A stretch of 52,111 bases of DNA from Catajapyx aquilonaris (Eukaryota). Every line of letters begins with the position of its first letter. The first letter of the stretch is position 1. The stretch spans positions 62,001 through 114,111 of the forward strand of contig KZ538150.1 in the NCBI GenBank assembly GCA_000934665.2, given 5' to 3'. A program made the translations under genes and the position numbers. This document shows, in pieces, positions 38,701 to 51,994 of this stretch. Under the pieces are notes generated by a model that searched no databases, was not told where the DNA came from, and saw nothing but the letters and a program-made list of their open reading frames with translations.

Positions 38701-40587
38701 GAAATGTTTTCCATGTTTAGGATCCGTTTAATAATAACAGTTTACGTGGTTGTTCCTGAGCGACGTGACATCAATTAATTATGAGCAATGCTGCAATACC
38801 GATTCACTCTGGTGTTATCTATATTACACACGGTACTATACTGACGTGGCTTGTCCGGGTAATTTATTTCCACTGTTATTATAGCATGATATGGTCTGTA
38901 AATCTCAATAAGCAGGTGCAGATTGCGTTTGTAGCATCATTTTCGAACCGGAAAGTAACTTCCTCCCTTCCGCGGTCGTTTCAAATGTGACTCACCGCCC
39001 TATCAAGTACATTATGGTCACATCCCAACATAACTTAAGCAACTATTTTACATAAACATACTTCTCTCCTATTTCACAAGCGAACCAGGGGGGGGGGGGG
39101 ATCCAGCATAATGCTATTAAGGCACAATCTTCTATACACAACTAATACTGATTCCAGGAAATCCGCGCCTTCCGAGTGCTCGTAATATCTGCTCCTTGTA
39201 CTGTACAATCATCGTAACTGCTCCCTCATTCATGATTTCATGCACAAGTGTGTCGACCCTATATGGATGAATCAGTGTGGTGCCAGGATTTCATCTCTCC
39301 GGCATGCCGTCACTGATAGGAGAAACTCGATGGCAAACAATTCAGTGGATACAAATTCCTTCCTGATCATCACCACGCTCCTATATTTTTCTTCTCACAT
39401 TCCAAGAAGACTCTTGCTGCGTTCATGTCAACAAAACCTCAACACCAATTCAGCTCAACCTCAACGTAAGGCAATAACTCATCTCCAATAAACCGGACGA
39501 TATTTTATGAGAGCGGCAGGAAAATAAGCAAAAATGGTCGATTTATCAACGCCTCATCGCCATAACAGGCAACGTCGCTCTTGGTCTGCAAGTTAGTTGA
39601 TATCTACGCAAACACAGGAACCGCTTCCTGTTCTTGCCTTGTGTGGGATATGATGTGGTCTCCGAGACTCGGTATGTCCTCTGGTAAATCAAGGTTCAAA
39701 ATAGAGCTAGTTGTGGGAGGCTATAACGCACGCCTTGCTAGTTCGTTGACACATGCAAGGAGAGAGACGGAGCATCTTTTCATGAGTGGTCAGTGGTCAC
39801 ACGTGATAGACCTAACACTAATTTGGTCCATCTGCTCTCCCTGCGATCACTTCCTCCACATGTATAATATGAATTTGTTTTTCTGAAATTCAGTTTCAGA
39901 AGCCCACTCTGCTGATTAATGGTATATGATTAACAAGTAATGTAGTTGCTCCTTGTGATCACACAGGAGGCCCTAAGTGTAATATGTTACCTTGTAAGTT
40001 CTGCTCCCTCAGTGACAGCACATGGTTTCTGACAGATTCTACTTTTATGCTGTTATAGATTAAACATGAGAGCTTGAAAATGCGTATTAACTAAATATAT
40101 TTTCGCAGCTGGATGTAACACACTGAGCACTGAGCAGTATGCCAGCACCTGCGGGTTATAGTATCCCATGGTACGGTATTAAGACTACACTGAATTATAA
40201 CTGAAGGCTTATGCATTTCCACTCTATGCAAGATTCATATATCAATAATGAATGTCAAAATTTTTATGCACAGTAAATGCCCTAAAAAATCTTGCCCATT
40301 ACACTAATGTCTTCAGCAAGTATGAGTGGGAGTAGTTAATTGGGGCATAGCAAAGAGAGTGTATATAGTAGTTTCTCAAGAATAAGTGACAGTAATGTCC
40401 AGCCAATGCTTGGAAGGTGACTACACACAGACATCTGTCCTGCAAGTAGCTGTTTGTCACACACCTCCTTTCTAGACCTACTTTCCGCTTCTTCAAACAC
40501 ACAATTGTGGCTCTGAAGAAAGCTTCCATAAATGTAAGGGAGGGAAGGGTTTGGCTATGATGTATGGCAGTAGCATGCAATTATATA

Positions 40588-41335
40588 CTGGGTGTTTAAA
40601 AACTTTGCGTGCAAATTTTAATGGGATATAATTATCACATATGGAACTCCAATACAAACCTTTTTCGTCAATGAATATATGTCTGCTGACATCATCCTTT
40701 GGTTCTAAAGGGTGCTGACAGATATTGGTAGAGCTGGTACATAAATGAATGGAAACAAGTATGAACATGTCTATTCAAAGATGCTCAAAGATGCAACTGG
40801 CAACAACATTGCATGCACGGCAGTGTAAAAGCATCATTGACTGCAAAGCATTTTCAAAGAGTCCCAGCATTCTTGTGGCAAGGTCTTATTCTGAGTCAAT
40901 GGGTCTCTTGCACATGAGGGTCTTCATGTGTCCCCAGAAGAAGGAATTAAGACAGGCCAAATTAGGTTATCTTGGTGGCCAGGCAATGGATCCACCCTGG
41001 CCTACCTGTTGGTCCCCAAATAAAGTGGTATTCAGATCACAAAATGCCAGAAATCTTTGGAAATTCACAGAAATCACTGCTTTGAGGCTGTCATGTATGC
41101 AACGCTGTTACCGGTTGCATCTATGAGCACATTCTTTGAATAAACTTGTGGTTCATCCTTGTTGCCATTCGTTTACATGTTACCAGTTCGAGCAATATCT
41201 GTCAGCGACCACTAGCACTAAAGGATGTCCTCAGAAGACACACATTTATTGATGAAAAATGTTTGTCTTGGTATTCCCTATTTCCCATGTAAATATGTAT
41301 CATCAGTTCAAAAAGGTATTAAAATATTTGTACAA
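40588..41335. mobile_element. Old diverged long inverted-repeat element
   Basis: Arm about 40610-40825 pairs imperfectly with about 41088-41333 (e.g. GCTGACAGATATTG / CAATATCTGTCAGC); left end TA|CTGGGTG. Confidence 0.65.
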
Positions 41336-43437
41336 CTAATATGGCTCTTTGTTGGCACTAAGCTGTTTGTTTTTAAAGTTACTTTCGCAGTTACCTCAAA
41401 TTGTTAAATTGTTAAAAGTATTAGAGATTACATCAAACTGAATCATTCATTCAAGCTCTTCACTCCCAAGTATTTCTGAATGGCCCATTGGAACAATTGG
41501 CATAGCAAGTCCATGTTAGGACCCATTCTGTGCAGGCCAGACCCCTCTGGAAGCTTTAAAAGTGACATGCAAAAAATACCATGCACAAAACCTAATATTA
41601 TCAGCAATTATTTTGATGTTCATTAGCAGGAACTATGCAAAAGTAACTGCTAAATAGAAGCAGATTAGTGTAACAAACAGCCACAGTAGTCAGAAGTATT
41701 TTGCATCACTCTGCAGATTCTAAGTAACTTATTCACTACCAAGACAATGCATCAGTGGTCATGGGGCGTTACAGAGCCACACTGCATTGCAGTAGAGTAA
41801 GAAGCAATTCAAAATATCACCAAGAATGCTGCATAATTTATACATATCATTATTGTAAAATTGTGTTTATTTCAGTGACTGTCATGTTGATGTCAGTAAT
41901 TAAATCAAGTGAAGGATATACATTATTTATCCAATATCTGATGTAATGGTCAAAATAGACTTAGCTGAGTTCTTATACCCATCTTTTCTGGGCAATTTGA
42001 ATATCATGGGGACTGTGGCTACAAATTTGGAATGAAGGCCTTTCTTGCTAAGGGAAAATGCTAACCTATTGGCAATGTCATGTGTCATATAATTATGGAC
42101 AAACACAATCTGAGCTTGAGCTAAAATATCGAACACATCCTGGTATTTGTCCTCTCGTCCATACCACAAAATATCCACTGCACACACTTTCTAATAATGG
42201 CCGGGTCAAAGTCACATGACAATATTAAAGTAAAAACACTCAATTCTCTTTCTCTCATAACTACCATAAAGTTTTTGAAAATCATGCAATCAAAATCCTC
42301 CACGTACAACATGAAAGAAGTGGCCTTCTTACAAGAAAGGTATCTCAAAATTTCTCTCCATATAACAAAATTTGTTTGGGAACTTTCACCACTCTAAAAA
42401 TGTCTTGCCATGCTTTAAGATTCATCAACAACTTCACAGCTAATGGAAAACATATAGTCTTAGTATGCCTATATCTTCCTTGTGTTCTTATTTTGAACTT
42501 CTGTATTCAGCATGGATATTACTAGTAACTACACATGTTTTGATGGTACCACAGAATGTCGGATTATCAGAAGTAAAGCATTAATTTACTATAGAATTCA
42601 ACTGCTTGTAATGGACTCTGGATTTGGCAGAAACCTGTCCATTACAAAAAAAATTGCTTGGTCCCAGCAGAAAACTTTCACTTAATTTATGGGGCATAGT
42701 CTAACATGTGTTTCAGGATTTAGCTCAGATCTGCATCAGCAGAAACTTCCATGCACTTATTTTCCAAATGGACTTGGATGCATACATACTTTTGGAAAGC
42801 ACATTCATGGGCTCTCCAATAGCATGTGAAACTCAATGACACACTTAAGGTGAGGCGACCATCACTCCCAAAATTAACTCTCAAGATACTAATAAAGTAA
42901 AATTCTTCAGACACATCCGCATATCAGTCATGATAGTGGTTGTTGTCTACTTATGTGTCATGTTTTAAAACATCTCTTTTCCATTGAATTTTGGGTCTCC
43001 TTTATCACTGACTATCCCTGCACAGAAAAATGTCATGATGATGATGTGCGTTTCTATCTTGTCTCCGTGACTTATTGAGATGCAGATGGTGCACACTGAA
43101 TAGAAGAGTTTTACAAGTCCTCATCTATCTCAAAACTTTTGAACGCATGCTCCTACATTAAGTTATCACAATTAGTTTCACGTAAAAAGAAATTCCCTCA
43201 GGTACCCAGGCCCCACGAAAAGGTGATGCATTTGTTATTAATATATATAAATATATAAACATATAAATGAAAGTGAATCTTCAGGCTGTAGCACTGTCAG
43301 CATGCCAAGTGGAAAACCTAACATGTAAGTGGCAGGGAAAGGCAGTAGGAATGTTTTCAGTCATGTGTCTTTCAAAACACATTCTAAAAATAGTGACACT
43401 TGCAACAAAATCTGAGAAATAAAAGGATTGTACTCAC

Positions 43438-43979
43438 GGCTCAGCTTCAATGGACTTCAGCTTAGCCACATAGTTGGACGGAATGTATCCCTCCTGTTTG
43501 GTTGCCTTGCTCCTTGCAAACCACCAGTCACCCTGGGTATCATTCAGGATCTCCAGGTGCTCCCCCTTCCGGAAGCTTAGGTCCTCATCAGTGCGGGCAT
43601 CATAATCATACAGTGCCACGAACACCTTCGCAACCCCTGTCCCTGCTCCACCACCTGACCCATCTGGTTCCGGCAATGGTGGCAGTGTAGGGCCATTTCG
43701 GGGCTCACCTCTATGCCCTACCTGCGATGCAGCGGAAGCAGCGGCTGCAGCTGCTGCAGCTGCAGCTGCTACAGTTGCTGGGTCATGCGAGTGGGCATGT
43801 GAATGTGAGTGTGAGTGTGAATGAGGATGGGAAGAAGGAAGAGCCAGGCCACCAACAGCAGTTGCAGTTAAGGGCTGCTGAGGATCAATAGTGTGAATGC
43901 CACCTATGCGATCTACTCCAACAGCTGAACCTTCCTTTTTGCCGGAGCTTGGGCCCTGGCTGCTGAAGCAGTTACCCAT
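43438..43979 (-). CDS. Src42A: Src42A/FRK-like tyrosine kinase, coding exon 1 (SH4 MGNCFS, unique region, SH3)
   Basis: ATG at 43979; MGNC acylation motif; SH3 [20 protein letters not shown]...WWFARS...GYIPSNYV; donor CC|gtgagt at 43437 (phase 2); upstream acceptor ttttcag at 44038-44044, so the exon starts at 44037. Confidence 0.96.
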
Positions 43980-44108
43980 CTTAGTTTGATGAGTTCTGAA
44001 CCAATTAAGGAACTACAGCCCACTCTTCAAAGGTCTCCTGAAAAGTGTAGAGGAATGGAACTAATGTCAATTCATATGGCTATAAAATAATGTTCTCCTA
44101 TGTTAATA

Positions 44109-44773
44109 CAGTAGAACCCCAATTATCCGACCTTGAATTATCCAACTCCTTGGTTTATCCGACCATCCCGCTCTATCATTTGAATTTTTTTATTTTTACA
44201 TTACTCCATTGGAGAGTGGTGCTCTTTTAGTAGTCACCCACTGTAAATTCCATTTTTCATATTTTCGTCAACTCAGATGCAAGAACGAAAGAAAGGGGTA
44301 GGGATGGGGATATTTTGAGGAGGGGACACAGGTGCAGGTGAAATGTCGGAAAAATGGGTCATGGGCAGTCCCCCAGGAGGCTAGGTTGCCAGACACCTCC
44401 AAGGTGCGGGTCAGAGACCCTCCTGACGCAGGCGAAAGGAAGCTCCCGGGTGGGGAACGAACCCAGGACCTTTCACTCAGCAAGCCGAGTCGCTACTGAC
44501 ATGGCCACACACCTCTCCCGGCAATAAATATCTATATTTTCTCATGAAATTCTGTAATGTTCCATGCATTTGTTTGTTTTGCCTTAATTAAATTGTAAAT
44601 AGTGTGTGTAAAAGAAAAATACTTTACTATTTCTTAGAAAACCTTAATATTGTACATTATTTCATGTTTTTAGTTGTTTTATTAAAGCTTTTTCACTCCT
44701 CGGATTATCCGACCTTTTTGGCTATCCTACAATGCCCCAGTCTTATGGGTGATGGATAATGTGGGTTGTACTG
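44109..44773. mobile_element. pogo/Tigger-like MITE containing a SINE
   Basis: TA|CAGTAGAACCCCAATTATCC ... GGATAATGTGGGTTGTACTG|TA; repeated TTATCCGAC motifs. Confidence 0.75.
44185..44522 (-). mobile_element. tRNA-derived SINE, family A (second copy)
   Basis: Shares CCCCAGGAGGCTAGGTTGCCA, GGGGACACAGGTGCA and TGACGCAGGCG blocks with 2492-2853. Confidence 0.85.
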
Positions 44774-46940
44774 TAGTTTGCAGCACATCATAATAATTAA
44801 AGGCAAAAATTCCATATCCTCAACAGTCTTTCTTGAAACCAACATCATTTCCACAAATCACAGAAAACCTACAGCACACATTCAATGAGTAAAGCCTTTA
44901 GGTTTCTCTTACAGTGTAACCAGAAACCTCAACTTACTCTTCTACCACCACGTACTTATTTTATATTCATAAGTATTTTGTAATAAGTGGCTACAATATG
45001 CTAAACGGAACTTCTCAACTATGATAGGTAAGATATGCAGCACTTTCGCCCATCCCATATTTCTTATGCATGTGGAAGGCTCTCTGTAATATTTCAGGCA
45101 GAAGAAGACTGTGCATCACAACCTCATGCAGTGGACACCATCAATTAAATGAGGTCAGGTTTGTCAGTTGGGGTGTACAAAGGAAATTAAATTTGAGTGC
45201 ACTTTATATGGTGGAAGTACTGCATATGCTGCCAGTATCAATGATAAGGTTCTCTTGATAACACAACCAGGATATGGTCATTGTCAACTCTAGAAATAAA
45301 TTGATCTCTATAGAACTTTCAAACTAGCCACTTTGCAGTTTCTTATAAAAATCAATCAAGCTTCTGGGAGTTTAATAATGACAACACTGTCATCTGCCCA
45401 AACCATGGACAACCATGCCTAATAGCCTCAGGTTTCAATTCAATATCAGCATCTAAAACTAAGAATGATGCTTCATATGCTACAGTAACTATCATTTTGA
45501 TTTTATAAAAAAAGGAGGCCATTCTCAGATACCCAGAAATTACCGGCCCCTTCCTGTATATCTCAGGTGACACGTAATTATTTAAAAACTATATTTAAAT
45601 TCTATAAAATGGGTTACTTACTAAACATACTCCTAGTTTGGCCAAACTGCCATCCCTTCTTACAATAATTATAGGCACAAAGAAAATAGCCTGCATTCAA
45701 TCTTATTCAGGGTTCAATTCAATTTGGGAAGAATTGGCAGTCATGATCTTTTCTCAAGGGAATGTCTTTTGGAGATCAACTAAAGAGTGTGCATAAAAGA
45801 ATTTGGATGATGTCACTCAACTTTTCAAGCAAACTCGGGGCAAAATCAGCAATAATATTTATTTTCATAGCAATTGATAAAATATTCCAAATTCATAATA
45901 ACATCATCATACACCCAAGCAAACACAAGTACTACACTAAACCAAAGTGACTGCCAGGTATGTACAATTTACTCTATCTGTTCAGCCCTTTTACAGTTAG
46001 TACCATTTACAATTTTGGTGTACGTGTACCACCAAAGCAAGCCCAAGTACTGTACCATTTAAATTTTAAGGTTGGTATATATTTTTATGCATTTTATAAT
46101 AATGCAGCTGTGCATGAATTTCGGTTCTTGATATGAACCAAACAGTTATTGTTTAAAAACAGAGCTTCATTAATATAATTGCAAATAAGGACAAACTCAA
46201 AAAAATCCTGGGAATGTTCCTGCAAAAGACACTGAACTATGAAGGACACTGGGAGACCTGAGAAGATATTTTCGTCTGGCTTTCAGGTGCTTACAATTTC
46301 CAGCAGCATAAATACCATACAATTTACTTAAGAAATGATTCAGTTGTGTTCTCCTAACTGGGCACAATGCTAAAAATTAGTCAGCACTAAATATTACCCA
46401 CGAGGACATCATTACAGTTCACCCATTCCCCCTTTTTTACATGAAGTTTTGGTAACGTGATTCATAAATTCCTAAAAGTTTTTCAAGAATTTCAGGAAGT
46501 ACACTTGCTGAGTTGACATGACCAATCTGTCACACTGCCAGATGACAACTTGTACAGAGTATAATGCTCCTCAATAATGTGCACTTTAGGCTCTCCACAT
46601 TCAGCTACACAACCAAAAAACATCTGCATAAATCTGTGCTGCATATTTCAATGATGCACATAAAATTATTTCCACTGTCACTACACTTGAGCCCACTGAC
46701 AACACCTGCCCCTATGTTTTTGTCCACCCTGTGTTTTGTCCTCCCGCTCCCTCCCAGGCTCACCCAGCCCCATACCCACTCCTTCCTTCCTCCCCTTCCA
46801 CTAAACCTGGACAACATTCCATTCAGTCTCCCCCAGCCAGGCCACCCTATCGCTGCCTTCTTGCACGCACCCCCTCCACCGTAGGTCTCCCCTTCGCCAC
46901 CCGTAGCCTACAATCTACACGAGGGGTCCATTCATTTTAC

Positions 46941-47240
46941 CTGGTCTTTTATGCCTCCTCCTCCTCCTCTTCCATCACGAAGTACCCCGCTACTGGTGCA
47001 GCCTCTGGCCCCATGACAACACTGAAATTCCGTGTCTGGTCAGCTGCCGGAGCAGGACGGAGCAGATGCACGCCCCCGCGCACAGCAGCCTCTGCCTCTG
47101 TCACCCCTTTTGCCATTGCCCCGGCGACTGTCCTGCCCTGGACCAGTTCAACTTTGGCCCTGCCCGACGCCCACCCTCCCCCCCTCGCCCGGCGACTCAC
47201 TGCACAGCTGCTGCACAACTGCACACACCGAATTCCCGAA
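46941..47240 (-). other. Src42A: Probable non-coding first exon (5' UTR) of Src42A; start approximate
   Basis: GC-rich island ending in CCAG|gtaaaa donor at 46940, which can join the acceptor at 44038 in front of the ATG exon; pyrimidine/purine-skewed promoter-like tract upstream. Confidence 0.55.
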
Positions 47241-48448
47241 CGCTTATGGGGATTGGGCGGGCTAGGAGTAGGGGAGGGAGGCAGGGGCAGACTGGAAAAG
47301 GGGCAAAAAGAAAAAGAAAAAAAAAGTAGGGGAGGGAGTAGGGCCAGGAGCTATGGGAAGGAGCGGGGAGGAGGGTGGTGAGTACTTGGAGTCAACTGCC
47401 GGTAGAGGGACCCTCATAAGTGAAATAATGCGGGGAAGACGGATCCGTGATGGCAGGTGGCAGCACCTGGGTACTACACTCGCCATCTACCGGTTGTATT
47501 AACAGGTGGCAGTTTCCTGTATTGAATTAAGGTCAGATTAAGGTGGCTGAAATTTGGAGCTCACTTCAAGTCTTCAACACCAAGGACCTGACTGCTACCA
47601 GCATTGGCATATAAACTTGATATAAACGACCTTATGAATTTCTATCTACTCGTTCGTCCCAACATGGTCACTTCTTACTGAGAGACCTGGTGGACGTCTG
47701 GTCCCGCCACAAAGGCTGAAGTCATGAGGGCGTACTGGACAGATAACACACGACTCACCCTGCGACCGATCAAAAATTCATGTTCAAGAATGCCTGACAC
47801 CATACACATGTAACTCACAGCTCACAGGTGAAGTCGTGTATGGAACCATTAACAATTATGCACGCTTGGCTTTTTAATGGCATTCGGGGTGGTGGTGCTA
47901 CAACACTTGCCACCTTTTCATATGAACAACCCAATATATTTCACTCCTCTACATGTAGAAAATGGAACATGCAAAAGTGGAATATTTCCCTGCAAGTTAT
48001 ATGTAATCCAGTGGTAGATTATCCTAAGGGCACAAATCACAGTGTTACACTGTGTTCATGATTGGAAAGAAGTACTTGTAATTTGGAGTAACTTTTATTG
48101 GGGACTTTCATTTACACAATGCACAGCAACAACTGCATGGTACTTGAATGTGAGTGTGCCATAATGATCAACACAAATAGCATAAAACCATGAAATAACC
48201 GTATTTGCTATAATATGTATTCTCATGCGTAAGTGAGATCACTTGCTGATCTAACAGAAAAGGGTAGTAAAAGTTGCTCATGGTGTGACAATTTTTCATC
48301 TTATTAAATGTTGGCCTGTACTCAAAATATTTGCCTCATAAGAAACCAGGGAGTAAATAGCAAAGGGGTTCTCACAATTGCTACTTCAATCTAAAGGCAT
48401 ACCCCCATAATATAAGGCATGAAATGCTGAGGAATGTGGAGACATGTA

Positions 48449-48734
48449 CAGTGCTGGACATTAATTCTGTCTTACTGGTAGGGACACTTTCTGATGCGGC
48501 AGAAGTGCAAATCGAAGTGATACAGTGCGAGCCGTAAGTGCAAGTAAGAAATGGTAGGCCTTGGGTGACATCACCAGCTGGGCACAAGCCTGTTTGGTTT
48601 TGCCCCCAGCCGGTGAAGTCACCCAAGACCTACCATTTCTTACTCGCACGGCTCGCACTCTATCACTTTGATTTGCACTATTGCCGCATCGGAAAGTGTC
48701 CCTAGCAGTATGACGGAACTGATGTCCAGCACTG
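48449..48734. mobile_element. Palindromic Tc1/mariner-type MITE
   Basis: TA|CAGTGCTGGACA ... TGTCCAGCACTG|TA; the element folds back over about 130 bp. Confidence 0.88.
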
Positions 48735-50823
48735 TATTGTTCAATATATGAAATACACATGGAATGAGGTTACTAACCAAAATAACGAATAAAAATGTAG
48801 GTTTCTTTAAATACACAAGGAATCTGATGGACTCAACATAGTTCACACATATTTTCACACTTAGTCAATTCTCATTTTAGTCACACATACTTTTTCTTGT
48901 ATTCTTCATAATAATAATCATCATCATCATCATCTTTCACCATGTTTTCCCAAAAAAGATTTGGGGTTGCCAGCGGATAACGAGGAGGAAGTCCTCGCTA
49001 CCCTTTTTTTCCATCTTGTATTCTTGCTTTGAAAAAAAATATTTATCTTTTCTTATTAACATCAAAAAATTAGTCCAGTGAAAACCCGAAAATTTTGAAA
49101 TCAAACTTGTCAATATCTCATGTCTTTTGTTCTTCATGGTATGAAATTACTGGTTCCAGCTGGTTCCTAATGCAATCCCCAAAATAATTACCATTTAAAA
49201 CCTGGTACCCAACATAAAAAGTTACGAGTATGTATTAATTAAGTTCTGTGTATAGTATCATATTTTTCCAACTGAATGTTGCCAAGATGTGTTATGAATT
49301 TATATCATGTGCCATGCATGGTAGGCAAAAGGCTATATGCAGGAGCTACAGTATACTGATGCCATGCTATTCGCTTTGGCATAAGGTCTGTGTATTTCTA
49401 TGACACTTTTGTGATTTATTCTCTGAGAGAACAACAGAGCCAAGGAAATGATCAGTACCAACTCATGTGATTCATCAGTGCATGTTACTTTGTGAACAGA
49501 ACTACTTGGCATTGCACAAGCCTGGGGACTGAAAAGCTTCCTTTTGTGTAATTTTATTTTCAACTGTGACGGAGGAGGCAGGGTAAAGCCAGGCTGGTCT
49601 GTTGGGGGCTGGAATAGAATGCAATACGGAAACTGCAGAAAACGTCTTGAGGATAGCATGTCAGTTCTTACAGTGTCGCATCTCTATAATACATCTGTTC
49701 CCTCAATGTACAGACAATGTTAATTATTTGTAGACAAATCCCTTTTGCTCATTTTGGGAGTGGTCAGCAAGAAAGGAAATCCTGCTGCATGCGACTGATG
49801 AAGAAGCATTGAAAGCATATTAAAATTCAGCATTTCAGCCAGTTCTGGAGGTTGGCAAGTAGCAGAAAAAGCATTAACTTTCACAGATGCTGAATTTTTA
49901 GGTGCTCCACAAGATGCAGTATAGGAAGAGTCAGAGTTGTTTAAAAAAATTCCATGTTAAAAATCCTTGAAACCCACACCACCAGCCATGACAGGATATA
50001 ATTTGACTGAGAAGATAACTTAGAAGGGAGTGGGAGCAGCAAGAATCAGCACCCAATCCACTGCTTCATTTACTGGCCACTGGCAGGTAGAATGCAGGCA
50101 GCTGCACACACCTGGAGTAGCTCAGTCACATGCATAGCAAATGAAGTTCCATTGTAATAATGTGTGGGTTGACATGTTGATGTAAGTCTGGGGAAGGGGC
50201 TCCAAGTTGACTGTAACATCAGTATGTGTCTACTCCAACACTACTGTGTAGTATAGACATCATTACCAATATTTACTCTACCATGTGCAGTAACATCCTA
50301 TCCAAGTTGTCACCAGAATTTTATTGAACTCTTGTAGTGCCTAACCAGGTTCCCCATCATTATGCTCCCAACTGAAACAACCGTACACCTGAATAATCTT
50401 AATTCCACTATTGCAAAAAAATATCATGGCATTTCAAAGAAATATCAATTCAGTTCAGCTGGCTTTGGACCTTAGCTTTGCAGTGAGAATGTCAAGTAAC
50501 AAATTGTTTAGTTTTGTCCTTTGCAAACATTAACCAATGTCATCAGCAATCCTTTTTTGATATTGATATGAAATCACAAAAGTGAAACACCCCATTAAGT
50601 CTGGCATTGTCTCTCTATTTCTCAATTTACACTTCTGAGATATCCTCAACCATTGCAGTGACATATAACTTGGCACAAATGTGTTTCTGAATAATATTAC
50701 CCAGTTTTGTCCTGCAAGGACTGTAAAAAAACCACTTAAATTGAAATCACCCTAGTTTTTGATCTCTCCTGCCTCTGGATTCCCAATCAAGACTTGACCC
50801 AAACCCCACCTCACTATCTCACA

Positions 50824-51182
50824 TCAGTCTGACGTAAAGAGGTGGTCCATATACTTGAGGAGTCCATGTAGACGCCTTCTGATCCTCTTCTGGTCATCAG
50901 CTGTACAGCCCAACAATGCATTCTCAAACCTCTGGTCAGTAGCACCCTGGCCCTCAAGAGCCTCCTGTGCAGAGGATGCACATGCATTGACATAGGATAC
51001 GCATCGAAGACGGGTACCCTCGGAATCCGATTTCATATCCACCACCAGACGATCGATGAGCACATTCACCTGGTGCAAGGCTTCTTCCTGATGCTGGTCG
51101 CGCTCTGTCCTCACATGCACCTCCACTGTTTGGCAGCGCTGGCACAGGAGCTCAGCATAACGCCGCACTTCATCTTGGTCAG
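50824..51182 (-). CDS. BAG2: BAG2 last coding exon (BNB/BAG2 domain)
   Basis: gagcag|CT-DQDEVRRYAELLCQRCQTVEVHVRTERDQHQEEALHQVNVLID...DQRFENALLGCTADDQKRIRRRLHGLL*; matches BAG2 [34 protein letters not shown] motifs. Confidence 0.9.
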
Positions 51183-51500
51183 CTGCTCACAAATTAATAA
51201 TGAAGGTAACTTTTGTAAACAAATAACAAAAAATGAATAAAAAATTTATGACATTAACGTTAGGCAGAGATTAAATCAGTGTTACAACCAACTATCAACT
51301 AGTTCATGTCACGTGTTGGTGCTTTATGTACAACCACAATTTGCCTATTAAACGGACACATGATGTACAGTTGCTGTATGAAATCTTAGCTTCAGCGAGT
51401 CTCACTGAATGAAAATTAATCCGGTTCCTGCTCAAATGAAAGGAGCATGATCAAGCTGACATTTCAATTCTTGCAATATTTAAGAATTCTGAATACTCAC

Positions 51501-51798
51501 CATGGGGGAGATGGTTAAGGATTTCATTGTTTCCAAGTGTATCAAGAGTTGACAGGAGGGAGTCCCTCTCTTCCTCAACACGCATTCCATCTCTCCTGAG
51601 TTTCTCCACCAGAGTATCAACCTGGTCCAGCAACTTCAAGAGGTGGTCGCGGGGTGACTCATCTGTCTCTGCTTCTGTCTCCAAGGGGACCAACTGGTGG
51701 GCAGAGAGGCCTAGGCCTAGGGTCCCACTGCTCCCATCTGACTGCTGGATTGGGACTATGCGCACTTTCGGGGCACTTGGACCTTGGCTACTGTCCAC
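51501..51798 (-). CDS. BAG2: BAG family co-chaperone 2, internal coding exon (start codon exon probably outside the window)
   Basis: ttgtccag|GTG...; RDHLLKLLDQVDTLVEKLRRDGMRVEEERDSLLSTL resembles the BAG2 coiled-coil (RLLESLDQLELRVEALR...); G|gtgagt donor, phase 1. Confidence 0.88.
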
Positions 51799-51994
51799 CT
51801 GGACAATAACTTTATTTCAGTTTATGCCAGGTTGACAAATATCATTGCAAGATTACTTGTTTGATATTGGTCATTACTAAAGAAAGGTAGAATGGCTAAA
51901 AATTTCAAACAACAACAACAACAACAGTAATGCACCTTAATAACAGTTGGCAAATTCATTAATTTGATACTTTAGTTATTTTAGCTATTGGATT

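Noticed and set aside
46731..47381. 216-aa plus-strand ORF
   Set aside because: Antisense to a GC-rich promoter/leader; low complexity; stop-poor because of base composition
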